DNA of 64,000 bases. It comes from a virus. The translations under genes and the position numbers were made by a program. The number at the start of each line of letters is the position of its first letter. Position 1 is the stretch's first letter. The DNA lies in the IMG/VR virus record IMGVR_UViG_3300024255_001088; one strand, written 5' to 3'. Below the pieces are notes generated by a model that worked only from the letters and a program-made list of their open reading frames with translations, did not search any database and was not told the DNA's origin. This document shows, piece after piece, positions 1-9,325 of this stretch.

Positions 1-1
1 A

Positions 2-169
2 GAAGCCTTCGTTGAAGGAATCATGGAAGGTGTAGAATGGGTCTATGAATCTGGTGTACTGAAAGCACAAGACATTGAAGTTATGCAGAACAAATTAAGG
101 ACTGCAAAGATGAATAAACTTGAAGAAACCAAATTAAACATGTGGAAAAAGTTCGTAGAGAACCTATAA
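2..169 (+). CDS. gp21: Prohead core protease gp21, C-terminal fragment (5' truncated)
   Basis: Frame 2 reads EAFVEGIMEGVEW...KFVENL*, the typical T4-like gp21 C-terminal motif; lies directly upstream of gp22 and gp23. Confidence 0.9.
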   Translation, partial: EAFVEGIMEGVEWVYESGVLKAQDIEVMQNKLRTAKMNKLEETKLNMWKKFVENL

Positions 170-171
170 TA

Positions 172-179
172 TATAAATA
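172..179 (+). promoter_or_regulatory. T4-type late promoter TATAAATA
   Basis: Exact gp55 consensus upstream of gp22; SD AGGAG precedes ATG 215. Confidence 0.8.
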
Positions 180-214
180 AAAGAGTTAAGCTAAAACTCA
201 AACAGGAGAAAAAA

Positions 215-1594
215 ATGGCAGATTTAGAAAAAAACCTAGAACAGGCAATCGCAGAGGCTATGCAGCCAAATTCGAAAGCCGAAAAAGGTGACTCAAAACC
301 TGTTAAGCAAGGTTCATCCGATGCCGCCAAAATAGACGGTGGTAAGGCTGAAGTCGTCAAACCAGAAGAAAATCCTGTTGACAAAGCAGTTGCATCAGTT
401 AAGAGCGCAGAGAAAGGAACCAAAGAAGTTAGCGGTGACGCTCAACAGAAAGGTGAATCGCCTGCCGAGAAGCAACCTAAGTTGAAGAATGTTAAAGAAG
501 AAGAAGTTTCCGAATCAGAGAAACCTTCTAAGATGCAAACTATCAAGGCTATGGTCAACGCAATGAAGGATATGAGTAAATCAGATTTATCAACAATGTA
601 TTCAGAAATGAAGAAAGTTGACGATGAAGACGAAGACGAAGACTCAAAGAAGGTTGACGAATCCTTGACTAAAGCAGAGATTGCGAGAAACATCGTAGAA
701 TTCTTAAAGAGTTCAGACGAAGAAACAGTCGAAGAAACTTACAATTCAATTATTGAAGCTAAGACTAAAGAAGAGAAAGAAGACGAAGAAGATGATGAAG
801 ATGAAGATGATGAGGAAGAAGTAAAAGAATCCTCAGAAATTGATTCAGACCTCGTTGAAATGGAGATAGAGGACGACCTATCAAAAATTTCAGAAGCTCT
901 AGACTTATCAGAAGAAAATTCTGAAAAGGCAAGAACTATCTTTAAGGCTGCTGTCACTTCAAAAGTTGCAGAAATAAAAGAAGAGTTAGAAACAACTTAT
1001 TCAGAAAATTTAAAAACCTCAGTAGAAACTGTCAAAGGCGACCTAACAGAAGCAGTTGATAAGTATCTATCGTATTGTGCAGAAGAGTGGACGAAAGAAA
1101 ACGAACTTGCTATAGAAAGGGGTTTGAGGTCAGAAATGACAGAAAACTTTATCGAAGGTATGAAAGCATTGTTCGTAGAACATTATGTTGAAATTCCTGA
1201 AGATAAGTACGATGTTATTGATGAACTCGCAAATCGTCTTGATGAGATGGAAGAGAAACTAGACAACGAAGTATCTAAAAATATGGAAGTTGTTGCAGAG
1301 AACGACCAACTCAAAAGAGGCACCGTGATTTCAGAGGCCTGTAAAGACCTATCTGAATCACAAACAGAGAAAATGGTTTCTCTTGCAGAAGGTGTAGATT
1401 TCGTTAGTGCTGAAGACTTTAGTGATAAAGTTGAAGAACTAAAGAACGCTTACTTTCCAAAAGAAGAAAACATTGCAGAAGAAACTGTAGTAGAAGAAGG
1501 AACTGGTGATTTCTCAGAAGAGAATGAAGTAAGACTTGACCCTACAATGAATCAGTACGCTTCTGCTATTAGTAAACTAAACCCTTTGGGATAA
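215..1594 (+). CDS. gp22: Prohead core scaffold protein gp22
   Basis: Acidic coiled coil; LSEE..EKARTIFKAAV, VDKYLSY..EEW..EN.LAIERG, M..YASAI motifs; lies between gp21 and gp23. Confidence 0.9.
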   Translation: MADLEKNLEQAIAEAMQPNSKAEKGDSKPVKQGSSDAAKIDGGKAEVVKPEENPVDKAVASVKSAEKGTKEVSGDAQQKGESPAEKQPKLKNVKEEEVSESEKPSKMQTIKAMVNAMKDMSKSDLSTMYSEMKKVDDEDEDEDSKKVDESLTKAEIARNIVEFLKSSDEETVEETYNSIIEAKTKEEKEDEEDDEDEDDEEEVKESSEIDSDLVEMEIEDDLSKISEALDLSEENSEKARTIFKAAVTSKVAEIKEELETTYSENLKTSVETVKGDLTEAVDKYLSYCAEEWTKENELAIERGLRSEMTENFIEGMKALFVEHYVEIPEDKYDVIDELANRLDEMEEKLDNEVSKNMEVVAENDQLKRGTVISEACKDLSESQTEKMVSLAEGVDFVSAEDFSDKVEELKNAYFPKEENIAEETVVEEGTGDFSEENEVRLDPTMNQYASAISKLNPLG

Positions 1595-1605
1595 ACCCTA
1601 AGGGT
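1581..1605 (+). other. Hairpin spanning the gp22 stop, upstream of the gp23 RBS
   Basis: ACCCTTTGGG-ATAAA-CCCTAAGGGT inverted repeat; possible mRNA processing or stabilising stem. Confidence 0.4.
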
Positions 1606-1622
1606 ATTTAAAGGAAATAAAA

Positions 1623-2936
1623 ATGTTTTTATCAGAAAACTTACAAGAAAAGTGGAGCCCTATTCTAGAACACTCCGATTTGCCAAAAATCGAAGACAAC
1701 TACAAAAGAGCAGTCACAGCAGTAATTCTTGAAAACCAAGAAAAAGCCCTAAACGAAGATAGAGCTGTTCTTTCAGAAGCTGCACCTTTAAATGCTACTG
1801 GTTCTGCCATATCTAACTGGGATCCAATCCTAATTAGTTTAGTGCGTAGAGCTATGCCAAATCTCGTTGCTTACGACATTTGCGGTGTTCAACCGATGAC
1901 TGGTCCTACAGGACTTATCTTCGCTATGAAAGCAAGATACCAAGATTACCCTACAGGTAGTACTAGACTTAATCAAACAGAAGCTATGGGAGTGAACGAA
2001 GTACAAGATGCTTCACACGACCATGGAAGAGTTGATGGTGAGTCTGGATTATACGCTGCTAGAGAGGGCGATCCATTTGCCGGTTCAAATGCATATAAAA
2101 ATGCAACTCCAACTGGTATGGACACAGATAAAGCTGAAGCATTAGGCGATTCCGCAACAAACGAATTCGCTGAAATGTCTTTCACAATTGAGAAATCAAC
2201 AGTGACAGCTGTATCCAGAGCATTAAAAGCAGAATATACACTCGAACTTGCACAAGACTTAAAAGCTATCCACGGTCTTGACGCTGAGTCTGAGTTAGCA
2301 AACATCTTATCTTCAGAAATACTTGCTGAAATTAACAGAGAAGTAGTAAGAAGTGTAAATGTACAAGCAAAAACTGGTGCTGAAGGCACTGCATCTGCTG
2401 GTACTTTTAACTTAGATGTTGACGCTAACGGAAGATGGTCAGTTGAAAAGTTCAAAGGTTTATTATTCCAAATCGAAAGAGAATCAAACAAGATTGCTAA
2501 AGAAACTCGTAGAGGTAAAGGTAACTTTATTCTATGTTCTAGTGATGTTGCATCTGCTCTTTCAATGGCAGGCGTATTAGATTACGCTCCAGCACTTTCA
2601 ACTTCTTTAAATGTTGATGACACAGGCAATACATTTGCTGGTGTTCTTAACGGAAGAGTTAAAGTATACATCGACCCATATGCTGGGTCAGACTACATGA
2701 CAGTAGGTTATAGAGGAAGTAACCCTTATGACGCTGGTATGTTCTATTGTCCGTATGTTCCATTACAAATGGTTCGTGCAGTTGGCGAGAACACATTCCA
2801 ACCGAAAATTGGTTTCAAAACACGATACGGTATGGTTGCAAATCCATTCGTAGGTGCTACTCCTACATCTACTTTAGCAAGTACTGCTGGTGTAAACCAA
2901 TACTACAGAAAGATTGCAGTTTCAAATATCCTGTAA
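1623..2936 (+). CDS. gp23: Major capsid protein gp23
   Basis: LISLVRRAMPNL, GVQPMTGPTGLIFAM, SRALKAEYTLELAQDLKAIHGLDAE, FYCPYVPLQM, FQPKIGFKTRYG. Confidence 0.98.
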   Translation: MFLSENLQEKWSPILEHSDLPKIEDNYKRAVTAVILENQEKALNEDRAVLSEAAPLNATGSAISNWDPILISLVRRAMPNLVAYDICGVQPMTGPTGLIFAMKARYQDYPTGSTRLNQTEAMGVNEVQDASHDHGRVDGESGLYAAREGDPFAGSNAYKNATPTGMDTDKAEALGDSATNEFAEMSFTIEKSTVTAVSRALKAEYTLELAQDLKAIHGLDAESELANILSSEILAEINREVVRSVNVQAKTGAEGTASAGTFNLDVDANGRWSVEKFKGLLFQIERESNKIAKETRRGKGNFILCSSDVASALSMAGVLDYAPALSTSLNVDDTGNTFAGVLNGRVKVYIDPYAGSDYMTVGYRGSNPYDAGMFYCPYVPLQMVRAVGENTFQPKIGFKTRYGMVANPFVGATPTSTLASTAGVNQYYRKIAVSNIL

Positions 2937-2964
2937 ACTTAGTAGTTTCGATTTTAATCGAGTT

Positions 2965-2993
2965 AAAAAGGGTCTTTCGAGACCCTTTTTTTT
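2965..2993 (+). terminator. Rho-independent terminator after gp23
   Basis: GGGTCT-TTCG-AGACCC followed by a T8 tract; A-run on the 5' side. Confidence 0.9.
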
Positions 2994-3056
2994 AGCGCAC
3001 TAAATACTATTGTATCATAAAGATACAGTCATAAACACACACACACGGAGGAAAAT

Positions 3057-3275
3057 ATGGCAAATCAAGGAAAGAGCGGTTATGAAATAAGAGCCGATTT
3101 ACTAAGTATGGCGCAATCCATACTAATCGAAAACTTACAAAGGAAGATTGATGCGGTTTACTCGCACAACGATAATCATCCAGATGATAAGAAACCTTTA
3201 CCAACAAAATCAATCGATGCACAGGAGATAATTTCTGTTGCAAGTGAATTGAATGAGTTTGTAAACGAGAAGTAA
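3057..3275 (+). CDS. Small conserved hypothetical protein
   Basis: SD GGAGG; late box CTAAATA at ~3000; own terminator; GYEIRADLL...A..L.EFV pattern. Confidence 0.8.
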   Translation: MANQGKSGYEIRADLLSMAQSILIENLQRKIDAVYSHNDNHPDDKKPLPTKSIDAQEIISVASELNEFVNEK

Positions 3276-3281
3276 ACTTTT

Positions 3282-3301
3282 GGGGACTTCGGTCCCCTTT
3301 T
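3282..3301 (+). terminator. Rho-independent terminator
   Basis: GGGGAC-TTCG-GTCCCC-TTTT. Confidence 0.85.
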
Positions 3302-3316
3302 CGCATAAATAGTATT

Positions 3317-3862
3317 ATGGGTATAAAAACAGATATAAACAAGTCAATACTAAACAGAAATAACTTTAGACTACTCATAGATAAAGTTCCTACTGTAGAG
3401 TATTATGTTAGAACAGTAAACATACCAGGTGTTCAATTTGGCGAAACTGTTCAATCAGCAGGTGTTGGTCTAGATGCTTTCTTTCCAGGAGATAAGGCAT
3501 CATTTGATACATTAGAAGTATCATTCATTGTTGACGAAGACTTAGAGAACTTCTCAGAGATATACAATTGGATAGACTCTATAGTTCCTTTGAATGACCC
3601 AGCATTGTATGGCACATACACTGATACTGCTGTAAATAGAACTAACATACTTGCATCTATCGACAATGATAGAAATCAATACTCAGATATCACATTAGTG
3701 ATAAACACAAACAAAAATGTACCCAACAGGTACATAAGATTCCATGATGCATTTCCTGTATCATTGGGGTCAATTGAATTAGAATCTGGTGCAGATGCCG
3801 AACCGGCAATAGTTTCTGTATCGTTTAGATTCTCGTATTACGAAATTAAAACCACCTCGTAA
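3317..3862 (+). CDS. gp3: Tail tube terminator / sheath stabiliser gp3
   Basis: F.L.I...P.V.Y....NIPG, PGDK..F..L.V.FIVDEDLEN..EIYNW, F.DAFPVSL; precedes uvsY as in T4-like genomes. Confidence 0.88.
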   Translation: MGIKTDINKSILNRNNFRLLIDKVPTVEYYVRTVNIPGVQFGETVQSAGVGLDAFFPGDKASFDTLEVSFIVDEDLENFSEIYNWIDSIVPLNDPALYGTYTDTAVNRTNILASIDNDRNQYSDITLVINTNKNVPNRYIRFHDAFPVSLGSIELESGADAEPAIVSVSFRFSYYEIKTTS

Positions 3863-3893
3863 TTTTACGCCATATGGTGTATAATGGTATATT

Positions 3894-4337
3894 ATGAATT
3901 TAGAACAATTGAAAGAACAATGGGTGAAGGATTGTGAGATAGATGATATCGAATTAGATACAGCATCTTTACATGTTCCCAAACTACACGCAAAGTATTC
4001 CGACTTATTAACAAGTAAAATCTTACTGTTAAAGAAATACAACCAAGACTACAATCAACTACTTAAGTATAAGTGGATGTGGTTCAATGGAAAACTTGAC
4101 GATGATAAGATACAAGAACTTGGTTGGCAAACAGACCCATTCGATGGTCTTAAAATAATGAAGAACGATTTCAATTACTTTTTTAACGCTGATGAAGATT
4201 TAGTTAAACTTAAGGCAAAGATTGATTACTTAGAGGTGACTGTAGACTTTATAAAAAGATGCATGGATAATATCACTTGGAGACATCAAACTATTAAGAA
4301 TACAATCGAGTGGCGTAAATTTATGGCAGGTCAATAA
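3894..4337 (+). CDS. uvsY: Recombination mediator UvsY
   Basis: W.KD..ID, PKLHAKY, IKN.IEW.KF.AG. Confidence 0.9.
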   Translation: MNLEQLKEQWVKDCEIDDIELDTASLHVPKLHAKYSDLLTSKILLLKKYNQDYNQLLKYKWMWFNGKLDDDKIQELGWQTDPFDGLKIMKNDFNYFFNADEDLVKLKAKIDYLEVTVDFIKRCMDNITWRHQTIKNTIEWRKFMAGQ

Positions 4338-5026
4338 TGAATCTAAGAAACTATGCAATGATATATCCTAGTTATTTCACTGAACATGAGTGCGATAGAA
4401 TAGTTCAATTTGCAAATAGATATGAAGAAGTCATTGGCGGTGTAGGTCAAAGAACAGACGATTTAGATGCGCCAGATGTACAAGAACAAGGCACAATTGA
4501 TGATAGTATTAGACAATCAGATATCAGATGGTTAATACACGAAGAGTTTCCCGAAGATATTGCTACAAAAATTGAAGCTGGCATTAACATGGCATCAGTA
4601 GATGCAAATTGGATGCACCAATGGGATTATGTAGAACATCATCAATACACAACATACAGACATAGACCAGAAGCACGAGTACAAGGAGACTTCTATACAT
4701 GGCATACAGATTCAGGAGATTCAGAACAATCTCATGGTGGTCGTTATAGAAAATTAAGTTCAACAATTCAATTGTCTAGTCCAGATGATTATGAAGGTGG
4801 AAACTTTCAATGGATAGAACCAAAGGGTATGTTTGACATGTTAAGAAATAACAAAACTCTTCAGAATGTACCAGTAGACGATTATATTAAAACAGTACCC
4901 TTTAGTGGTAAAGAAAGAGGAACTCTAATTGTATTTCCGTCTTTCGTACATCATCAAGTCACACCAGTTACCAGAGGCACTAGAATATCTTTAGTTAGTT
5001 GGTTTCATGGCAATCCTTATGTCTAA
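4337..5026 (+). CDS. 2OG-Fe(II) oxygenase (PKHD/prolyl-hydroxylase-like)
   Basis: WHTD (HxD), RKLS..IQLS...YEGG, FPSFVHHQVTPVTRGTR.SLVSW. Confidence 0.9.
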   Translation: MNLRNYAMIYPSYFTEHECDRIVQFANRYEEVIGGVGQRTDDLDAPDVQEQGTIDDSIRQSDIRWLIHEEFPEDIATKIEAGINMASVDANWMHQWDYVEHHQYTTYRHRPEARVQGDFYTWHTDSGDSEQSHGGRYRKLSSTIQLSSPDDYEGGNFQWIEPKGMFDMLRNNKTLQNVPVDDYIKTVPFSGKERGTLIVFPSFVHHQVTPVTRGTRISLVSWFHGNPYV

Positions 5027-6425
5027 TCTAGTCACTGTTTCTAAAGTAGATGAATGTTTTCTCAAAGTAAATTGTGATAAAGGTCTAGCAAGAGACTTAT
5101 ACGACTTTTTCTCATTTACTGTACCTGGCGCCAAGTTCATGCCATCTTACAAAAACAAATGGTGGGATGGTAAAGTAAGACTCTTCTCTCTAAAAACTCA
5201 GAAGATATACATAGGTCTACTACCCTACATTGACGAGTTTTGTAGAGAAAGAGGATTTGATTTTGAGGGCATAGAAGATGTTATCGGACACAAACATAAA
5301 CTCAAAGATTGGAATGTAGAAGACTTAAACTTACCCTTTGCTCCTAGAGATTACCAACTCGAAGCATTCAAAGAGACAGTCAAGTATGGTAGACAACTTC
5401 TTTTGTCTCCTACGGCATCTGGCAAGAGCTTAATCATATATATGATAGCCAGATACTACAACATGAAAACAATTATAATTGTTCCCACTACATCGTTAGT
5501 AGAACAAATGACAAAAGATTTTCAGGAGTATGGATATGATAAACAAGTATGTAAAATTTATAGTGGTCAACCTGTATTTCCTGCTGACATTACGGTTACT
5601 ACATGGCAGAGTTTTGCTAAAGCACCTAAAGAGGTCATGCAATCGTTTGATGTAGTCATAGGAGATGAGGCACATCTATTCAAGGCACAAACACTCAAAG
5701 GTATCTTAGAGAAGATGAATACCACTGCAATTAGAGTTGGTCTTACAGGAACATTAGATGGTACAGAAGTTCATAGATTACAACTAGAAGGACTATTTGG
5801 TCCTGTTAAGAAAGTAGTATCTTCGGCACAACTTATGGAAGAAGGAACAATCGCAAATTTGAATATTGATTGTGTCATACTCCGTCATACTAAACAGAAA
5901 AAAATGTCGTATCAGGATGAGATGGACTACTTAGTATCAAATGAAAGTAGAAACGAATTTATATGTAATCTAGTATATTCGCTGAAAGGTAATACTTTAG
6001 TGTTGTTTCAGTATGTAGAGAAACATGGAGTCTTGCTACATAAAAAAATGTTCGATAGATTAGGAGATAAACTACATTATGTATATGGTGGTACAGATGT
6101 AGAAGATAGAGAGAATGTAAGAGAAGTCGTAGAAAAGGCAAGTGATAATGTCATACTGGCGTCATACGGAACATTCTCAACAGGAGTAAACATTAAAAGA
6201 ATAGATAATGTTGTCTTTGCATCTCCCTCTAAATCAAGAATAAGAAACTTACAGTCTATTGGTCGTGGTCTTCGTAAGGCAGAAGGTAAGACTGAGATGA
6301 GGTTATTTGATATTGCAGATGATTTACAATGTGAAAATCATACGCTAAACCACCTAAAGGAAAGGATAAATATATACAATGAAGAGAACTTTTCTTACGA
6401 ACTAAAACAATTTGACCTTAAATGA
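5019..6425 (+). CDS. uvsW: DNA helicase UvsW
   Basis: SPTASGKS, DEAH, GLTGT, LQSIGRGLR; start probably M5 of the ORF-track call. Confidence 0.95.
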   Translation: MSNLVTVSKVDECFLKVNCDKGLARDLYDFFSFTVPGAKFMPSYKNKWWDGKVRLFSLKTQKIYIGLLPYIDEFCRERGFDFEGIEDVIGHKHKLKDWNVEDLNLPFAPRDYQLEAFKETVKYGRQLLLSPTASGKSLIIYMIARYYNMKTIIIVPTTSLVEQMTKDFQEYGYDKQVCKIYSGQPVFPADITVTTWQSFAKAPKEVMQSFDVVIGDEAHLFKAQTLKGILEKMNTTAIRVGLTGTLDGTEVHRLQLEGLFGPVKKVVSSAQLMEEGTIANLNIDCVILRHTKQKKMSYQDEMDYLVSNESRNEFICNLVYSLKGNTLVLFQYVEKHGVLLHKKMFDRLGDKLHYVYGGTDVEDRENVREVVEKASDNVILASYGTFSTGVNIKRIDNVVFASPSKSRIRNLQSIGRGLRKAEGKTEMRLFDIADDLQCENHTLNHLKERINIYNEENFSYELKQFDLK

Positions 6426-6889
6426 CAAGACCAACAGATTTAACACCAAGTAGATACGAAGTTATAAGACTTAAAGACAGTACAGAACTTGTTGGTATGA
6501 CAAAGGATTGTGGTGATTACTTAGAAATAACTTTACCCATGATATGTCAATTATCTCTCATACCAGGAATTGCAAAAACAAATGCAGTTTTCTATCCATA
6601 CTCACCCTTGAGTTCAGATGAGAGAGTACAATTACCTAAGACTGAGGTTGTTCATAGAAATACTATGAACCCACAATTTATTCCCTATTATGATAATGCA
6701 TCAGCAAGATGGTTCGATATGATTGAAAATCAGAGTGTGCCACTTGCATCAGCAGAAGAGAATAAAATAAGAGATAACCTACAGAGAAAGATGCAAGAGA
6801 TGATGACTTCATATAGAGAAGACATTGCCTTTGAAGAAGAACTAGAAGATTTCGATGAAGACTTTGATATCGAAAAGACAATTCATTAG
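6422..6889 (+). CDS. Conserved T4-like hypothetical protein (Sm-like N-terminus, acidic tail)
   Basis: YEVIRL....ELVG pattern; ends KTIH; usual position after uvsW. Confidence 0.75.
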   Translation: MTRPTDLTPSRYEVIRLKDSTELVGMTKDCGDYLEITLPMICQLSLIPGIAKTNAVFYPYSPLSSDERVQLPKTEVVHRNTMNPQFIPYYDNASARWFDMIENQSVPLASAEENKIRDNLQRKMQEMMTSYREDIAFEEELEDFDEDFDIEKTIH

Positions 6890-6986
6890 GTTTTCAATTT
6901 AACTAAATAAGTGCGTATGAAGATGTAATCATACATATTTATTATATACATTTATCATTATTATTAATATATAAACTGGAGAAACC

Positions 6987-7148
6987 ATGTCAACTGCAAT
7001 CAGAATTGCGAAGAGCATGGTGGGACGATTCGAAGACCTGAAAGAAATGCTACCCAGCATCATGGAAGGAATTGAGTTTATGACACTATTGACTCTTCCT
7101 ATTTTATTACCTTGGATAATCATATTCATGTCGAAAGGCATCATGTAA
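6987..7148 (+). CDS. Small membrane protein (53 aa, not in ORF track)
   Basis: SD GGAG; MSTAIRIAKSMVGRFEDLKEMLPSIMEGIEFMTLLTLPILLPWIIIFMSKGIM. Confidence 0.7.
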   Translation: MSTAIRIAKSMVGRFEDLKEMLPSIMEGIEFMTLLTLPILLPWIIIFMSKGIM

Positions 7149-7150
7149 GA

Positions 7151-7249
7151 ATGTCAAAGAGAACCACAGAAAAACTTAAGGACGCAACAGAGGTGGCAAC
7201 ACTTCTGTTGGTCTTTATTATATCAATCGTATCACTAGTACCACAATGA
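7151..7249 (+). CDS. Small membrane peptide (32 aa, not in ORF track)
   Basis: MSKRTTEKLKDATEVATLLLVFIISIVSLVPQ; ATGA overlap with the next ORF. Confidence 0.55.
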   Translation: MSKRTTEKLKDATEVATLLLVFIISIVSLVPQ

Positions 7250-7452
7250 GTTATCAACACCAACTTCCACTCGCACTAAATAAAAATAGAGATGCAACTC
7301 CTGAAGAAGTTCAGAAGTGGCATGAAGATGATTTCTTTATGAAAGGGGATTTTGATGTTATGAAACTTTTCGTAGTCATACCCGCCGTCATACAGATAGT
7401 CGTATTTGGAATGATGTTAGTTATGTTTTATGTCAATAGTATCGTATTTTAG
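7246..7452 (+). CDS. Small membrane protein
   Basis: 68 aa with a C-terminal hydrophobic helix; translationally coupled. Confidence 0.7.
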   Translation: MSYQHQLPLALNKNRDATPEEVQKWHEDDFFMKGDFDVMKLFVVIPAVIQIVVFGMMLVMFYVNSIVF

Positions 7453-7603
7453 AACAATTCTTAAACTTTTACTAGGGATAGGAAAAGAAGAAGAGTTTGT
7501 TGTAACCTATCTAAATGTATTAATAATTGCAATATTGGTAGGGAGTATCTTTACTGTTATACCTGGATTGTTTCTTATATGGATCCTGACCCTGGCGACA
7601 TAG
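7430..7603 (+). CDS. Small membrane protein (57 aa, DUF2970-like layout)
   Basis: MSIVSYFRTILKLLLGIGKEEEF followed by a long hydrophobic segment. Confidence 0.5.
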   Translation: MSIVSYFRTILKLLLGIGKEEEFVVTYLNVLIIAILVGSIFTVIPGLFLIWILTLAT

Positions 7604-7605
7604 TT

Positions 7606-7640
7606 ATCTTAACATACTATTCCTGATTCCCACAAGGGGG
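7606..7640 (-). promoter_or_regulatory. Putative antisense sigma70-type promoter divergent from the gp55 promoter
   Basis: Minus strand AAAACCCCC-TTGTGG-N18-TAAGAT; same AAAACCCCCT prefix as the promoters at 20027, 30319 and 30926. Confidence 0.45.
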
Positions 7641-7718
7641 TTTTGAAATTAATTTAAAATTAATTAACTTAAAAAACCACTATCCTTACAACAACTAACC
7701 TAGTATAATAAGTACATC

Positions 7719-8261
7719 ATGGCAAAAAACGCAAAACAACAAGAACACTATGTTAATAACAAAGAGTTCACAGCCGCAGTCGCCGAGTTTAACGAGAAAG
7801 TAAAGCTCGCCCAGGCAGAAGGTAAAACACCTCCGCAAATGTCTAACTACATAGGAGAGTGCATCTATAAGATTGCTACTCGACTATCTACAAGACCAAA
7901 CTTCATAAACTACACTTACAGAGATGAAATGATATGTGATGGTATAGAGAATTGCATACAATATATCAAAAACTTCAATGTAGAAAAATCAAACAATGCT
8001 TTTGCTTATATAACGCAAATTTGTTATTATGCTTTCTTAAGAAGAATTCAGAAAGAAAAGAAACAAGTTTACATTAAGCAACAAGTCATATCAGACATAA
8101 CACAAGAAACACTGGATTCCATAGACGGCGATACAACTGGAATGGTCAATACCAATGTAGAGTGGATGCAAGACAACATGAATCATGTTGAGTATCAACC
8201 ACGAAAAACCAAAAGAGAAAAAACAAAGAAAGAAAAAGGTCTGGATAAATTTACTGAATGA
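7719..8261 (+). CDS. gp55: Late sigma factor gp55
   Basis: HYVNNKEF, YIGECIYKIA..LS.RPNF.NYTYRDEMI.DG.EN, NAFAY.TQI...AFLRRIQKEKKQ. Confidence 0.97.
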   Translation: MAKNAKQQEHYVNNKEFTAAVAEFNEKVKLAQAEGKTPPQMSNYIGECIYKIATRLSTRPNFINYTYRDEMICDGIENCIQYIKNFNVEKSNNAFAYITQICYYAFLRRIQKEKKQVYIKQQVISDITQETLDSIDGDTTGMVNTNVEWMQDNMNHVEYQPRKTKREKTKKEKGLDKFTE

Positions 8262-9325
8262 AAATAGCGATTCTTAACGACACACATGCTGGTGTTCGTG
8301 GCGATATGTTGGAGATGTCCAAATATCAAGGCAGATTTTATGAGGAAGTATTCTTCCCATACTTAGATGAACACGACATCAAACACATATTACACTTGGG
8401 CGATTACTTCGACAGAAGAAAGTTTGTAAACTTCGCCTCTCTAAAAGCAAATAGAGACCACTTCATCAAACCAATGCTAGAAAGAGGCATCTCTATGGAT
8501 TTGATATTGGGTAATCATGATGTCTACTATAAGAATACGAATGAAGTAAATGCACCAGAGTTATTACTATTCGAAAGTGATTCGATTAATATTATACATC
8601 ATCCCATTGTAAAAGAATTTGACGGAGTTAATCTCGCACTTGTTCCTTGGATTAATAATGAGAACTATGCTGATAGTATAGATTTTCTACTCAGTGCAAA
8701 TGCAGATACATGTATGGGTCACTTTGAAATTGAAGGTGCATTGATGATGCCAGGCATGACATGTCAACATGGTCTAGACCACACATATCTAAAACGATTT
8801 GACAAAGTTTATAGTGGTCACTTTCATCAAAAGTCTGAAGTTAAGAACATCAAGTATCTAGGTTCTCAAATGGAATTTACATGGTCAGATTATGGAGATA
8901 ACAAATACTTTCATATCTTTGACACTGAGACAAGAGAGATGATGCCAGTTCATAATCCTTTGACTATGTTTGAGAAAGTATTTTACGATGATAGTAAAGA
9001 AACATTTGAGACAATCAGTAATAAAGATTATTCAAAGTACACAGGTAAATTCTGTAAAGTTATCGTAGTAAACAAAGACAATCCATACTGGTTCGATTCG
9101 ATGGTCGATAAATTACATTCTGCTAATCCTTTGCATGTTGTAGTTGTAGATGACCACAAACATATGGACTTAATGGACGATGATGACATTGAGGGTGTAG
9201 AAGACACTCTTACAATATTAGAGAAGTATGTAGACGGTCTGGAAATACAAGGTCAGAAAAAACCACTTCTCGAATTGATGACTTCGTTGTATAATGAAGC
9301 ACTTGAAGAACATAATTACCTATGA
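8258..9325 (+). CDS. gp47: Recombination endonuclease gp47 (Mre11-like)
   Basis: DTH, GDYFD, GNHD, SGHFH metallophosphoesterase motifs. Confidence 0.95.
   Translation: MKIAILNDTHAGVRGDMLEMSKYQGRFYEEVFFPYLDEHDIKHILHLGDYFDRRKFVNFASLKANRDHFIKPMLERGISMDLILGNHDVYYKNTNEVNAPELLLFESDSINIIHHPIVKEFDGVNLALVPWINNENYADSIDFLLSANADTCMGHFEIEGALMMPGMTCQHGLDHTYLKRFDKVYSGHFHQKSEVKNIKYLGSQMEFTWSDYGDNKYFHIFDTETREMMPVHNPLTMFEKVFYDDSKETFETISNKDYSKYTGKFCKVIVVNKDNPYWFDSMVDKLHSANPLHVVVVDDHKHMDLMDDDDIEGVEDTLTILEKYVDGLEIQGQKKPLLELMTSLYNEALEEHNYL

Noticed and set aside
760-830. GAA/GAT-rich tracts in gp22 (and at 13040-13250) as DNA repeats
   Set aside because: They encode acidic low-complexity protein linkers.
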